A stretch of DNA of 64,000 bases, from contig JADFNV010000006.1 in NCBI GenBank assembly GCA_022563195.1, forward strand, positions 12,045 through 76,044, read 5' to 3'. Shown one piece after another: positions 36,087-45,809 of this stretch. The position numbers were made by a program, and so were the translations under genes. The notes under the pieces are model-generated. The model worked only from the letters and a program-made list of their open reading frames with translations, was not told the DNA's origin and made no database searches. This DNA is from Pseudomonadota bacterium (lineage in GTDB: Bacteria > Pseudomonadota > Gammaproteobacteria > Steroidobacterales > Woeseiaceae). The first letter of the stretch is position 1, and every line of letters begins with the position of its first letter.

Positions 36087-37326
36087 CGGTACGGATCCTC
36101 GGCGGGTACTGTGTCAGTGTTGGCATATCCTTGTCGCCGCGTCCCGAATTACCGATTAAAATGCGCTTGCCTGGATTATCCTTCGACCATTCGCGCGCCG
36201 CGGCATAAGCATGCGCCGTCTCGAGTGCGGTCAATATACCCTCCGCTTCACAGAGCTCCGCAAGCGCCGCAAGCGCCTCGTCATCGGTCGCTGATATATA
36301 AGTCACCCGGCCCGTTGCCTGCAGCAGCGCATGTTCGGGTCCAACGCCCGAGTAGTCGAGGCCGGCCGAGATGGAATGCGTTTCCTGTACCTGGCCGTCA
36401 TCGTCTTGCAAAATGATTGTGTATGACCCTTGCAACACGCCGGGTGTGCCCGTCGCAAGCGTTGCCGCATTTTGACCCAGCCCATCTCCGGTACCTCCAG
36501 CCTCTACACCGATCAACTCGATGTCGTCACCGAGCAATGGATAGAAGAGACCGATCGAATTTGAGCCGCCGCCGACGCAGGCGAACGCGACATCGGGCAA
36601 CCCGCCCGCCTGGTCAATCATCTGTTGTCGGGCTTCTTTGCCGATTACCGACTGCAGTTCGCGGACGAGATACGGATACGGATGCGCGCCGACAGCGGAG
36701 CCGAGCAGGTAGTAAATGCCGGAAGGATCGGTTACCCACTTTCGCATCGCCTCATCAATGGCCGCGCGTAGCGTCTTGTCGCCGGTTTCCACGGCAACGA
36801 CCTCCGCACCGAGGCGTTCCATGCGATCCACGTTCGGCGCTTGTCGTTGCATATCCACGGTACCCATATACACGCAGCATGGCAGTCCGACACGAGCACA
36901 AGCCGCGGCCGACGCAACGCCATGCTGCCCTGCACCTGTCTCTGCGATAACGCGTTGCGCGCCAAGGCGCTTGGCGAGCAAGGCCTGGCCGATCGCATTA
37001 TTGATCTTGTGTGCACCCGTATGTGCCAGGTCTTCGCGTTTGAGCCAGACCTCGGTTCCCCATCGTTCGCTCAATCGCGGCGCATGCGTCAACGCAGTTG
37101 GTCGGCCAACCCATTCACGCAGTTCTCTTTGCAAGTCCTGTTGAAACCCGGCGTCATGCAAGTGTTCGCGGACGCCAGCCTCGAGGCGTTCAAATGCCGG
37201 CACGAGTGTCTCCGGCACATAGCGCCCACCGAATGGTCCGAAGCGACCGCGCTCGTCCGGCAGTTCTCCGCGTATGGATGCGTCGAGAAGCGCCTGCGCC
37301 TCGTCCGCCTGCAACAGGGGCTTCAT
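36073..37326 (-). CDS. trpB: Tryptophan synthase beta chain
   Basis: 417 aa with the PLP-lysine motif LAHTGAHKINN and GGGSNSIG. Confidence 0.95.
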   Translation of the reverse strand: MKPLLQADEAQALLDASIRGELPDERGRFGPFGGRYVPETLVPAFERLEAGVREHLHDAGFQQDLQRELREWVGRPTALTHAPRLSERWGTEVWLKREDLAHTGAHKINNAIGQALLAKRLGAQRVIAETGAGQHGVASAAACARVGLPCCVYMGTVDMQRQAPNVDRMERLGAEVVAVETGDKTLRAAIDEAMRKWVTDPSGIYYLLGSAVGAHPYPYLVRELQSVIGKEARQQMIDQAGGLPDVAFACVGGGSNSIGLFYPLLGDDIELIGVEAGGTGDGLGQNAATLATGTPGVLQGSYTIILQDDDGQVQETHSISAGLDYSGVGPEHALLQATGRVTYISATDDEALAALAELCEAEGILTALETAHAYAAAREWSKDNPGKRILIGNSGRGDKDMPTLTQYPPRIRTDASA

Positions 37327-37916
37327 AATTCTTTCTCCGCAGCGCGAACTGCTCTAACAAACCGTTGTATTAACTCATGATCTTTACGGCCATGACTCGA
37401 CTCGACGCCGCTCGACACATCTACGCCCCAGGGTCGGGTTGTTCGAATGGCTGTCACAACGTTTTCGGGGCCCAGCCCACCGGCGAGTATCATGCGTCCG
37501 CGCCGCGCAAACCTCGCGGCACTGGCCCAATCCACTGTTTCGCCACGGCCACTGTTGCTGCCTTCATAGAGGAACACGTCCGGTAAATCCATTGCAGCAG
37601 CGCCCTCGCGAATCACGGGCCAGCGTTCAATATTGTCGGGAATATCCAGGCCTGCAAAGTCATCGGCGTCCGCTTGCACTACGTCCGGTTCAAACTCTTC
37701 AAGGACCGCCCGACATTGTTCTTTCGATGGATGACGCATCACGGCCACGCGTTGCACATCGTCCGGCAGATCCAGTGCGGCTGATCTCGCCTGCTGTGGC
37801 GTAACCCTGCGCACGGAATCCGCAAATACGAAGCCCACAGCATTAGCGCCGGCCTTTACAGCTGCTGCCACGTCAGCTGCATCGCACAAGCCGCAAATTT
37901 TTACGAACACGGTCAC
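37323..37916 (-). CDS. trpF: Phosphoribosylanthranilate isomerase
   Basis: 197 aa with an N-terminal VKICGL. It is monofunctional, separate from trpC. Confidence 0.9.
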   Translation of the reverse strand: MTVFVKICGLCDAADVAAAVKAGANAVGFVFADSVRRVTPQQARSAALDLPDDVQRVAVMRHPSKEQCRAVLEEFEPDVVQADADDFAGLDIPDNIERWPVIREGAAAMDLPDVFLYEGSNSGRGETVDWASAARFARRGRMILAGGLGPENVVTAIRTTRPWGVDVSSGVESSHGRKDHELIQRFVRAVRAAEKEL

Positions 37917-38722
37917 GTCGCAAACCTGCCGCGACCGGCGCAGCGCATATCGGCGACAAGTGCTGTCGGGTCGTCACTGCGCATCAAAGCTGTGCCGACC
38001 AGCGCCAACCGATATCCCAGGGCAGCGGCAGCGGCTGCGTCATCGGCGCTTTGCAGTCCGCTCTCGGCAACACATCGTGCCGTCGGTAATGCGGAAGACA
38101 TTTCTTCGAGACGATCTTGATCGACCTCGAGAGTGTGCAGGTTGCGCGAATTGATGCCGACGAGTAATTGCCCCTTATCTGCTTTTTCCTGGTGGACTGT
38201 ATGTTCGAGAAGTTTCCTTGTACGCGCCAGGTCATCGTGATCGAAAGATTCAAGCAGAACGAACATGCCGTGCTCGTAGGCACATTGCAGCATGTCGCCC
38301 AGCTTGTCGTCGGAGAGTATCGCTGCGATGAGCAACACTCCACTTGCTCCGGCGTTTCGCGCTTCCACAATCTGCACCGGCTCAACAAGAAAGTCCTTGC
38401 ACATGACCGGAGTGTCGGGCACGGCGCCTGCGACCTCTTCGAGGTGCTCGAGCGCCCCTGCAAAGCGGCTCGGCTCGGTCAGCACCGATATCGCCGCCGC
38501 ACCACCAGCGACATAGCGTACCGCCTGTTGTTTGCGATCGCTGTCCGCCGACGTCAGGTCACCTGCGGAGGGTGAACGGTCCTTGATTTCTGCGATGACG
38601 TCAAAGCTGCCTAGCCTCAGTGGCACGGTGGCCTTGTCGACGCAAGGGCCTCGCGTTGCCGATGGTGCGGCCGCTGCTCTTTGTGCGCTCAACGCTGCCA
38701 TTGTTTGCAGAAAATCACTCAT
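37913..38722 (-). CDS. trpC: Indole-3-glycerol phosphate synthase
   Basis: 269 aa with IAEIKDRSPSAG and the pattern CKDF...NSRNL. Confidence 0.9.
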   Translation of the reverse strand: MSDFLQTMAALSAQRAAAAPSATRGPCVDKATVPLRLGSFDVIAEIKDRSPSAGDLTSADSDRKQQAVRYVAGGAAAISVLTEPSRFAGALEHLEEVAGAVPDTPVMCKDFLVEPVQIVEARNAGASGVLLIAAILSDDKLGDMLQCAYEHGMFVLLESFDHDDLARTRKLLEHTVHQEKADKGQLLVGINSRNLHTLEVDQDRLEEMSSALPTARCVAESGLQSADDAAAAAALGYRLALVGTALMRSDDPTALVADMRCAGRGRFAT

Positions 38723-39747
38723 TGGCCGGCGAACTGCTGTCGCATGCGTTCAAGAAGTAACGATGCATCACCATTGTCGAGAGCTGCGGCAGCGGTTTCT
38801 ACGCCCTGTTTAGGATCGCGTGCGCTCCCCAGTACCTCGAGTACCAGCGACGCGCCCATCAGTAACGCATCTCGATGCGCACCCTTGTCATCGCCATTGA
38901 AGACACGAATTAGTTCGTCTGCATTGTGTTGCGCATCACCACCGGCCAGGTCCTCAGGTGTACAGCGTTGCAATCCGTATTCTTCGGGCGTGCGCACCGT
39001 TTCGGTGACCTTGCCGGGAACGACATCGAACAGGGCGAACTCACCAATCGGTGTCGCCTCATCCCAGCCTGGCGTGCCGTGGACGACAAATGCTCTCTCG
39101 ATCGGCATCCCTGACAAGGCCTCCGCCATAAGCCTCGCCGCGTCGTGACTCCAGGCACCGATCAGCTGGAATGGTGGCGCCGCCGGATTCGTCAACGGGC
39201 CAAGCATGTTAAAGACCGTGCGGACGGACATTGCACCACGCACAGGCACAACGGCCTTCATCGCGGGATGATAGGCGGGCGCGAATAAAAATGTGAAATT
39301 CGTTGCCTCGAGACAACTGACTGCCGCAGCTTCGTGCAGAGGCAACGGCATGCCCAGACACTCAAGCATGTCGGCACTACCAGAGCGACTCGATACTGAG
39401 CGGTTACCATGTTTGACGACTCGTGCCCCAGCGGCGGCGGCCAACAGCCCCGTGCCGGTCGATAGATTGAGACTCCCCGAGCCATCACCGCCAGTGCCCA
39501 CAGTATCGACGGTGGGCGCACCTTCGGGGATTTTCGGGTGCACGGCCAGCTCGCGCATTGCTGTCGCAAAACCGCGAATTTCATCGGCCGTCTCGCCTTT
39601 GGCTCGCAGGCCGGCAAGCAATGCACCGGCTAAAGCGGCTGGCATACCACCACCGGCAAGCTCATGCATGAGCTTATGGGCCTGAACTTCGGTTAGTGAA
39701 TTGCCGTCGAGAAGCCCGTCGAGCATGGCACTGAATTCCTTGCTCAT
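38719..39747 (-). CDS. trpD: Anthranilate phosphoribosyltransferase
   Basis: 342 aa with [17 protein letters not shown] and KHGNRSVSS. Confidence 0.95.
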   Translation of the reverse strand: MSKEFSAMLDGLLDGNSLTEVQAHKLMHELAGGGMPAALAGALLAGLRAKGETADEIRGFATAMRELAVHPKIPEGAPTVDTVGTGGDGSGSLNLSTGTGLLAAAAGARVVKHGNRSVSSRSGSADMLECLGMPLPLHEAAAVSCLEATNFTFLFAPAYHPAMKAVVPVRGAMSVRTVFNMLGPLTNPAAPPFQLIGAWSHDAARLMAEALSGMPIERAFVVHGTPGWDEATPIGEFALFDVVPGKVTETVRTPEEYGLQRCTPEDLAGGDAQHNADELIRVFNGDDKGAHRDALLMGASLVLEVLGSARDPKQGVETAAAALDNGDASLLLERMRQQFAGQ

Positions 39748-40349
39748 GATGTGGTCAACCGTAAAAAATTGGCCATCAGTTGCTCGCCTTTCGGCGTCAG
39801 CACGCTCTCGGGATGAAACTGCACGCCCTCCAGCGGTAATTCCTTGTGACGAACGCCCATGATCTCACCCCTGTCGGTCTGCGCCGTTACTTCGAGAACA
39901 TCGGGCAGTGACTTAAGTTCGGCGCACAAAGAATGATAACGCCCTACTTCGAAAGGCTGCGGTAATCCGTCGAATATCGTTCTGCCATCGTGATTCGTCA
40001 TTGATGTCTTGCCGTGCATAAGTCGTTCGGCACGTACGATGTCGCCGCCGAAATGATGCACAAGACACTGGTGGCCAAGACACACGCCGAGCACCGGCAC
40101 TCTTTCCGCGAACGTCGCAATCATTTGCAGGGAGACACCGGCATCCTCGGGACGTCCCGGTCCCGGTGAAATGACAAGATGCGTCGGTTCGAGCGCGCGG
40201 GCTTGCTCAACGCTTATCGCATCGTTGCGGTGGACGATGACGTCCGCTCCACATGCCGCAAATGCCTGCACCAGATTGTAGGTAAAGGAGTCGTAGTTAT
40301 CGATCAGCAACATACGCACGTCGTTGAAGGTCTTGTCATCCGCCATCAC
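39744..40349 (-). CDS. trpG: Anthranilate synthase component II (glutamine amidotransferase)
   Basis: 201 aa with the GATase triad context GVCLGHQ and a C-terminal FHPES. Confidence 0.95.
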   Translation of the reverse strand: MMADDKTFNDVRMLLIDNYDSFTYNLVQAFAACGADVIVHRNDAISVEQARALEPTHLVISPGPGRPEDAGVSLQMIATFAERVPVLGVCLGHQCLVHHFGGDIVRAERLMHGKTSMTNHDGRTIFDGLPQPFEVGRYHSLCAELKSLPDVLEVTAQTDRGEIMGVRHKELPLEGVQFHPESVLTPKGEQLMANFLRLTTS

Positions 40350-41740
40350 AAACCCTCCCCCGCAATTTCCAGCGCGCGCCGCAATATCGCACTCTTCGCC
40401 AGCACTTCGCGGTACTCCCGAGCCGGCACAGAATCCGCAACGATGCCGGCACCGGCCTGAAAACTGTACTCATCACCCGAAAACACGAGGGTCCGAATCG
40501 TGATCGCCTGATCCATGTCGCCGCTCAAGCCAAAGTAACCTGCCGTACCGGCGTAAAGCCCGCGCCCCACCGACTCCATTTCTTCGATGATTTCCATTGC
40601 CCTGACTTTCGGCGCTCCAACCAACGTTCCCGCGGGAAAACTCGCAGCGAACAAGTCGAACTGATCATACGCGTCGGCCAATTCGCCCTGCACGCCGCTG
40701 ACAATGTGCATGACGTGGCTGTATCGCTCAATAGCCCGGTAAGGCTCGACATACACAGACCCGGCCCGCGCAACACGCCCCAGATCATTGCGCGCAAGGT
40801 CAACGAGCATGACATGCTCGGCCCCCTCCTTGGGGTCGGCAAGCAACGCTTTCTCATTCGCGAGATCTTCTTCGGGGCTCGCACCGCGCGGCAGGGTTCC
40901 GGCGATGGGCCGCAAAGATGCTTTCTTACCGTTAAGCTTGACGAGCGCCTCCGGCGACGAACCAACAACCTTGAGATCACCAAATTCGAGGAAAAACATG
41001 TACGGCGACGGATTCAACAAGCGCAATGCCCGGTAAACCTCAAACGGTGACACATCTGACCGGCCGCAAAACAACACAGACATCACAATCTGGTAGATAT
41101 CACCCGCCGCAATGTATTCTTTGCACGCTGCCACGCGATCTGAAAATTCATCCTCCGTGAAGCTCGCCGTGGCTGCAGATATTTTCGTGACCCCATTTCG
41201 TGCCGGTATTGCACCCTGCAGACGATGAATGACGTCCTGACGCAGCTTTTTCCGCTCGCGTTCTGGACCATCGTGCAGTAACGCAACACGACGCGTAAGG
41301 TGATCGAAAACCAGCAGCGATGCGGGCGCTACGAATGCAGCATCCGGAATGCTGCTTTGCGGCGCTGTAGCTCGCGGCAGTCGTTCGAATAATCGCACCA
41401 CGTCATAACCAGAGACACCGACTAGCCCGCCTGAAAAAGGCAGCCCGTCAACATCGGGCCCCGGTCGAGGCGCCGCCGACAGGGCATTACGTAACACGTC
41501 CAGATAACCTTGTTGATCAACAGGGCGCGGCTGCGTCTCACCGTTGACGCGCAAACTATCGGCATCCATGCGTACTTCGAGTGCATCGCCAAAGCCGAGA
41601 AACGAATAACGCGCAAGCCGCTCACCGCCCTCGACACTTTCAAGCAGAAAGCGCGGATTGAGATCATGCAGCTTGAGATACGCCGAAACCGGCGTATCAA
41701 GATCTGCGGCTATGTCGAATGGTGCTTGCATTGAATACAT
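40346..41740 (-). CDS. trpE: Anthranilate synthase component I
   Basis: 464 aa with [16 protein letters not shown] and the chorismate-binding C-domain motif ([14 protein letters not shown]...RGLYAG). Confidence 0.95.
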   Translation of the reverse strand: MYSMQAPFDIAADLDTPVSAYLKLHDLNPRFLLESVEGGERLARYSFLGFGDALEVRMDADSLRVNGETQPRPVDQQGYLDVLRNALSAAPRPGPDVDGLPFSGGLVGVSGYDVVRLFERLPRATAPQSSIPDAAFVAPASLLVFDHLTRRVALLHDGPERERKKLRQDVIHRLQGAIPARNGVTKISAATASFTEDEFSDRVAACKEYIAAGDIYQIVMSVLFCGRSDVSPFEVYRALRLLNPSPYMFFLEFGDLKVVGSSPEALVKLNGKKASLRPIAGTLPRGASPEEDLANEKALLADPKEGAEHVMLVDLARNDLGRVARAGSVYVEPYRAIERYSHVMHIVSGVQGELADAYDQFDLFAASFPAGTLVGAPKVRAMEIIEEMESVGRGLYAGTAGYFGLSGDMDQAITIRTLVFSGDEYSFQAGAGIVADSVPAREYREVLAKSAILRRALEIAGEGL

Positions 41741-41748
41741 CGGCCCAT

Positions 41749-41781
41749 AAAAAAACCCACCCCCACGTTGGCGGAGATGGG
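41749..41781 (-). terminator. Rho-independent attenuator terminator of the trp leader
   Basis: On the mRNA strand it reads CCCAUCUCCGC-CAAC-GUGGGGGUGGG followed by UUUUUUU. That is an 11-bp stem with 3 G-U pairs, a tetraloop and 7 U residues. The U-run ends 8 nt before the trpE ATG. Confidence 0.65.
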
Positions 41782-41810
41782 CATCTGATTCGTTGTAGCT
41801 CAGCTAATAG

Positions 41811-41897
41811 TCAGCCAGCCGCCCTCTCCTTTTGCGGCAGCCAGGACCAGTGATTGATGCGCTGAGTAATCATTGGCCGAGTATTACTGTCGCTCAT
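41811..41897 (-). CDS. trpL: trp operon leader peptide with two Trp codons (alternative start at 41873)
   Basis: Not in the ORF track. My translation is MSDSNTRPMITQRINHWSWLPQKERAAG-stop. The W-S-W codons (TGG TCC TGG) lie 5 codons upstream of GGAGAGGG, which can pair with the 5' arm (CCCAUCUCC) of the terminator. Confidence 0.6.
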   Translation of the reverse strand: MSDSNTRPMITQRINHWSWLPQKERAAG

Positions 41898-41948
41898 ACC
41901 GGCGTCAAGTGCTTTGCGTTCAATAGGTTACGCGTGCAACCATCATAA

Positions 41949-42408
41949 CCCTCGTACGGCCGCGCTCTCGTCAAGCGGAATCGAGACATGTGGACGATCA
42001 CCTCGATATCCGAACGGCGGCCCCGACACGGCAGCTCCTCGAGCTTAATGTCGCTTCGACATCCTTGGTCTCGCTCCAATCCGCGAATCCTCGCTCTCGC
42101 TATCCCTGCTCCGCTCGGCTTCGACGACGCTCGACGAGCCACCGTATCGTGTCTGCCCGCCAATCTTCGTGGGGCCGGCGGGCGGGATGTTCCTCGCAAG
42201 ACTCAGCAGGGGCGTGGCATCGGTGTGTTTGCTCGCGCGTCGTCCGGAGCGCTGCGACGCAGGACGCTCAAGCAAGCGGAGGCCGATCCGAGCGAGGCAG
42301 GACGCCGAGCGAGCTTAAGCGCGAGCAAATACCCGGTGGCGTGCCCGTGTGCTTGGACTGCCGGCCGTGTGCTAACTAGGGCGAGCTGCAACGAGCGGGC
42401 TCCTATAG
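41949..42408 (-). repeat. Copy B (inverted orientation) of the REP-bounded intergenic element
   Basis: The reverse complement of about 42000-42330 aligns with the cores of copies A and C. It shares extra flanks with copy C (CACGGCCGGCAGTCC and CATGTCTCGATYCCGCTTGACG). It is bounded by a degenerate REP at 41949-41967 and the REP GAGCGGGCTCCTATAG at 42393-42408. Confidence 0.85.
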
Positions 42409-44271
42409 ATCGTACAGCACGGGGAGGATCAGCGAGAAACCCACCCACATTATGATCGTCAGCGGTATGCCGACCCGCAGGAAGTCGGAGAACTTGTAGC
42501 CGCCAGCACTCAGAATCAGCAGGTTGGTTTGATAACCGTAAGGCGTTGCGAAACTCATGTTCGCGCCGAAGAGTACTGCCAGAATGAATGGTTCCGGACT
42601 GACGCCAAGTTGCTGCGCGATACTGACGGCAATCGGCGTACCAATGGCCGCAGCCGCGTTGTTCGACACCACGTTCGTCATCAAGGTCATGAGCAACAGA
42701 AATGCACTGAGGATCATCGGTGTCGGTAATCCAGATGCAGCGTTGACGAAACTTATGGCAAGGAAATCGGCCATGCCCGTGCCCACGAGCGCCTTGCCCA
42801 GGGCGAGCGCCGTAACGATGATCATGATAATGGGCACCGACAATGAGGCCGCTGCGTCGCGCCAGCCCAGGCAGCCCGTTGCGATCATCAGCCCCAATCC
42901 AACGACTGCACTGACCGCGATCGGCATGATGCCGAGTGCGGCCGCAAGGACGACAAAGCCCATGATTGCGAGTGCACGTTTGGCATTGTGAGTGTGCGGC
43001 AGGTCGGTTGTGCCATCGAGTACCAGCATGTTGCCGCTGTCTTTGAGATTGCTGATTGCCTCACCGGAACCCTGAACGAGCAACACGTCACCGGCCCGCA
43101 ATCGAATCATGTTGAGGTCACCCGTGACCTGCGAGCTCGGCGCTCTTGCGCGATGCAAAGCAAGCGGCATCAGCCCATAGCTGCTACTGAATCGTGCTGC
43201 CGCAAGACTACGCAAGTGCAACGGTGATCCGCGCGTAATGACAACTTCAGCCAGCTGCTGTCCCTCTGCACGCAACGGTGTCTCTTCGTCAACGGGATGC
43301 TCGACATCGGAAATGTTAAACAGCGTCGCCCCCAGTACCTGTTCATAATGTTTGAGATTGTCCGGTGTATCTTTGACGAACAGGCGATCGCCAGGCTGTA
43401 GTTTTACAGAAGGCAACTTCGCAAGGAACAGCGATTCACTGCGCTGTATCTTGTCGATACGCATCATGCCGTCCGCTTTCGCCAGGACCTCGGACAGCGA
43501 TTTGCCGTCGGCAAATCCGCCTTCCTTGACATGCAGCTGAGCACTGAAGATTCGTGGCGATGTATCGGCCATCGGCGGCGTGCGTTCTGGCAACAATCGC
43601 GGCGCGACGAGCCAAAGGAATAACAGGCCAACTCCGCCAACAATCGCGACCGGTAACACCCACTCGAACATACCGAATTGATGCATGCCGAGATCTTGCG
43701 ATATGCCGACGACAAGCAAATTCGTCGAAGTGCCTATCGCCGTGGACATACCGCCAACGATCGTTGCGAGACCCATGGGCAGCATGACTCCGGATACCGA
43801 GAATTTCGAACGCAGCGATGCACCGACAATAATAGGCATCAACAACACAACGATCGGCGTGTTGTTCATGAATGCGCTCAATACGGCGCCTGCACACAGC
43901 GTTATCAGTAATGCGAGTACGGGTCGTGTGGACCATGCGCGTCCGACAACGGCCACGAGGGGTTGCAGTGCCCCCGTGGTTTCGAGCGCCTTGCCGACCA
44001 TCATCAAAGCGCAGATCGCAACCAGCGCTTCGTTGCCGAAACCGGCAAAGAAATCGCTGGCCTCCAGCAAAGTGACGCCATCCTTCTCATATGGAAAGAG
44101 TTCAAATCCTGTGACAAGGACGATGAGAATTGCGAGTGCTGAGGATTCGAGCGGAATGCGGTCGCGTGTAAACAGAAACAGCGCAACCACCGTGAGGATC
44201 AATACCGCAATTCCATGAACGTCAGGAGTTATCGACTGCAATACGCCCTCTCCGTAATTGGGACTGTACAC
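42403..44271 (-). CDS. SLC13/DASS-family anion permease with two central TrkA-C (RCK C-terminal) domains
   Basis: 622 aa with two membrane halves rich in hairpin-like SNN/NTP segments (VVSNNAAAAIGTPIA). These flank a soluble ~170-aa insert that has two beta-rich repeats. Confidence 0.8.
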   Translation of the reverse strand: MYSPNYGEGVLQSITPDVHGIAVLILTVVALFLFTRDRIPLESSALAILIVLVTGFELFPYEKDGVTLLEASDFFAGFGNEALVAICALMMVGKALETTGALQPLVAVVGRAWSTRPVLALLITLCAGAVLSAFMNNTPIVVLLMPIIVGASLRSKFSVSGVMLPMGLATIVGGMSTAIGTSTNLLVVGISQDLGMHQFGMFEWVLPVAIVGGVGLLFLWLVAPRLLPERTPPMADTSPRIFSAQLHVKEGGFADGKSLSEVLAKADGMMRIDKIQRSESLFLAKLPSVKLQPGDRLFVKDTPDNLKHYEQVLGATLFNISDVEHPVDEETPLRAEGQQLAEVVITRGSPLHLRSLAAARFSSSYGLMPLALHRARAPSSQVTGDLNMIRLRAGDVLLVQGSGEAISNLKDSGNMLVLDGTTDLPHTHNAKRALAIMGFVVLAAALGIMPIAVSAVVGLGLMIATGCLGWRDAAASLSVPIIMIIVTALALGKALVGTGMADFLAISFVNAASGLPTPMILSAFLLLMTLMTNVVSNNAAAAIGTPIAVSIAQQLGVSPEPFILAVLFGANMSFATPYGYQTNLLILSAGGYKFSDFLRVGIPLTIIMWVGFSLILPVLYDL

Positions 44272-44282
44272 CGTATCCTAGT

Positions 44283-45692
44283 TCATACCGGCTCCGCAAT
44301 CAGCTGGTGAGCTTCTTTTAGCTCGAGCACCGCCCACGCCCTCTGGTGTAAGATTTTGAATTGATTGATATTCCAGTGCCCCAGAGGGGGTGGGCCCGGG
44401 AACGCACAGGCATCCGCGAATTCAAGCAATGGGAGTAAATCACAGTAACGCGGATCAGCAGGTGAATGCTCGGGAAACATCGACCAGGGTGACAGCACGA
44501 TCAGGTTTCGATGCCTGATCGCATTGAGCTCAACAGCGCGATGCCAACGCTCTCGCCAACCATCACGTGCGCGCCCGCCGGGTAGCGTATGCGACGGATC
44601 GCAGAGATCGAGCGCCGGCAGGTTTTCATTTTGCACCGCAAGGTAATGTGATCGTGACCGCAGGATCGATTGCGTCCAACGCAATACGTCACCGAGATTT
44701 TGCAAACATGCGAACTGCTGCGGATCGAGACGGCGCTGCCGGGCCAGATCACCGAGGCCCGTCAGCACGATCGCGAGACGACGATTCAGCCAGGAATCAT
44801 GTCGCATTCGCACGGTTGGCCACATCACGTGATCGTGCAGTGCGTCGCCCAGGTCGACACAGCAATGCAACGCTTTCTGCAACGCATTTTGATGCAATGA
44901 GCCGCGATCGTCGGCAAATCGCGCGATATTGAGTTTCATTGTGACCCACGCAGATCCTTCCGGCACCTGTATACCGATCGATGGCAAAATCGCGCTTGCC
45001 GCTTCAGTGCAAAGCAGCGGGCACTGCGGCGTAACCATTGGTGCATACGCAGTACGTACCAACGCACCTTCACGCAAGCACCAGAGCTGTAACCAATATC
45101 GATCATGGCGATCGCGCGCGCTGCGACCGCCGTGCGCTCGCATTTGTGTGACACCAGCAAGCAAATACACGGGACCGTTGCCCAGCAATTCACGACGCTT
45201 CAGCCACGCAATCTCCGGAGTGAGGGTGTCAGCATCAATGACGATCTCAATGCTGGCGGGATTAACCTGTACAGTGGATGCGATCGAACACAGGACCTCA
45301 CACAAGTGGCCAAAGCGGGTAGCTGCCCAGGGCTCCGGCCCCAATCCTTTTATACCCACGGAAAGCGGCAGGCCACTCGTCAATACATCAAAAACCCGTT
45401 CACGAAACTGCTCCATGGCAGGCGCGAATGTGAGCACGGTTCCTGCATCGACTGCCAGCGTTACCCCGGTCGTCAATAGTCCCTTATCGATGACCGGCAA
45501 CATCGGCTCAACGCCCACGTCCTCCAGCTCGAGACAAATCTGCGCAACACTACTCGCATCGGTGCGGTTCGACGCAGAGCCATCGCCATCGGCCGCAGGC
45601 AGCTGGTGCGCTGTTGTGGAGGTTTTTGGCATGACGTTCCTTCCCTGGGCGCCGTGATTAGTGGGCACATAGTCCTGCGCCCTCGGTGGCAT
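44283..45692 (-). CDS. Uncharacterised conserved-looking protein; faint resemblance to the ribonucleotide-reductase barrel core
   Basis: 469 aa; the start is possibly the ATG at 45632. The segment CPLLCTEAASAILPSIGIQVPEGSAWVTMKLNIARF...NRRLAIVLTGLGDLA resembles the RNR pattern NPCGE...CNLGSINL..F...RRIGLG.MG.AD. This is a by-eye comparison only. Confidence 0.35.
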   Translation of the reverse strand: MPPRAQDYVPTNHGAQGRNVMPKTSTTAHQLPAADGDGSASNRTDASSVAQICLELEDVGVEPMLPVIDKGLLTTGVTLAVDAGTVLTFAPAMEQFRERVFDVLTSGLPLSVGIKGLGPEPWAATRFGHLCEVLCSIASTVQVNPASIEIVIDADTLTPEIAWLKRRELLGNGPVYLLAGVTQMRAHGGRSARDRHDRYWLQLWCLREGALVRTAYAPMVTPQCPLLCTEAASAILPSIGIQVPEGSAWVTMKLNIARFADDRGSLHQNALQKALHCCVDLGDALHDHVMWPTVRMRHDSWLNRRLAIVLTGLGDLARQRRLDPQQFACLQNLGDVLRWTQSILRSRSHYLAVQNENLPALDLCDPSHTLPGGRARDGWRERWHRAVELNAIRHRNLIVLSPWSMFPEHSPADPRYCDLLPLLEFADACAFPGPPPLGHWNINQFKILHQRAWAVLELKEAHQLIAEPV

Positions 45693-45809
45693 TGTCGGCG
45701 CTGGGTCTGTATCGTGCCCCGATCCAATCTGGGCAGCTTGGGGAGATTATGTTTTTGCGACACCGACTGGATTACACTTGCACCACACCGACCCAGCGAG
45801 ACTCTGCAT

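Noticed and set aside
45606-45809. N-terminal extensions in ORF-track models: yajQ from 45606, aroK from 62260, ybbA from 54806, ycgN from 51143, DUF4097 from 31169 and the NTase from 3783
   Set aside because: The family-conserved N-termini begin at internal ATGs that have better spacing or less overlap. The extensions are compositionally odd or overlap neighbouring genes.
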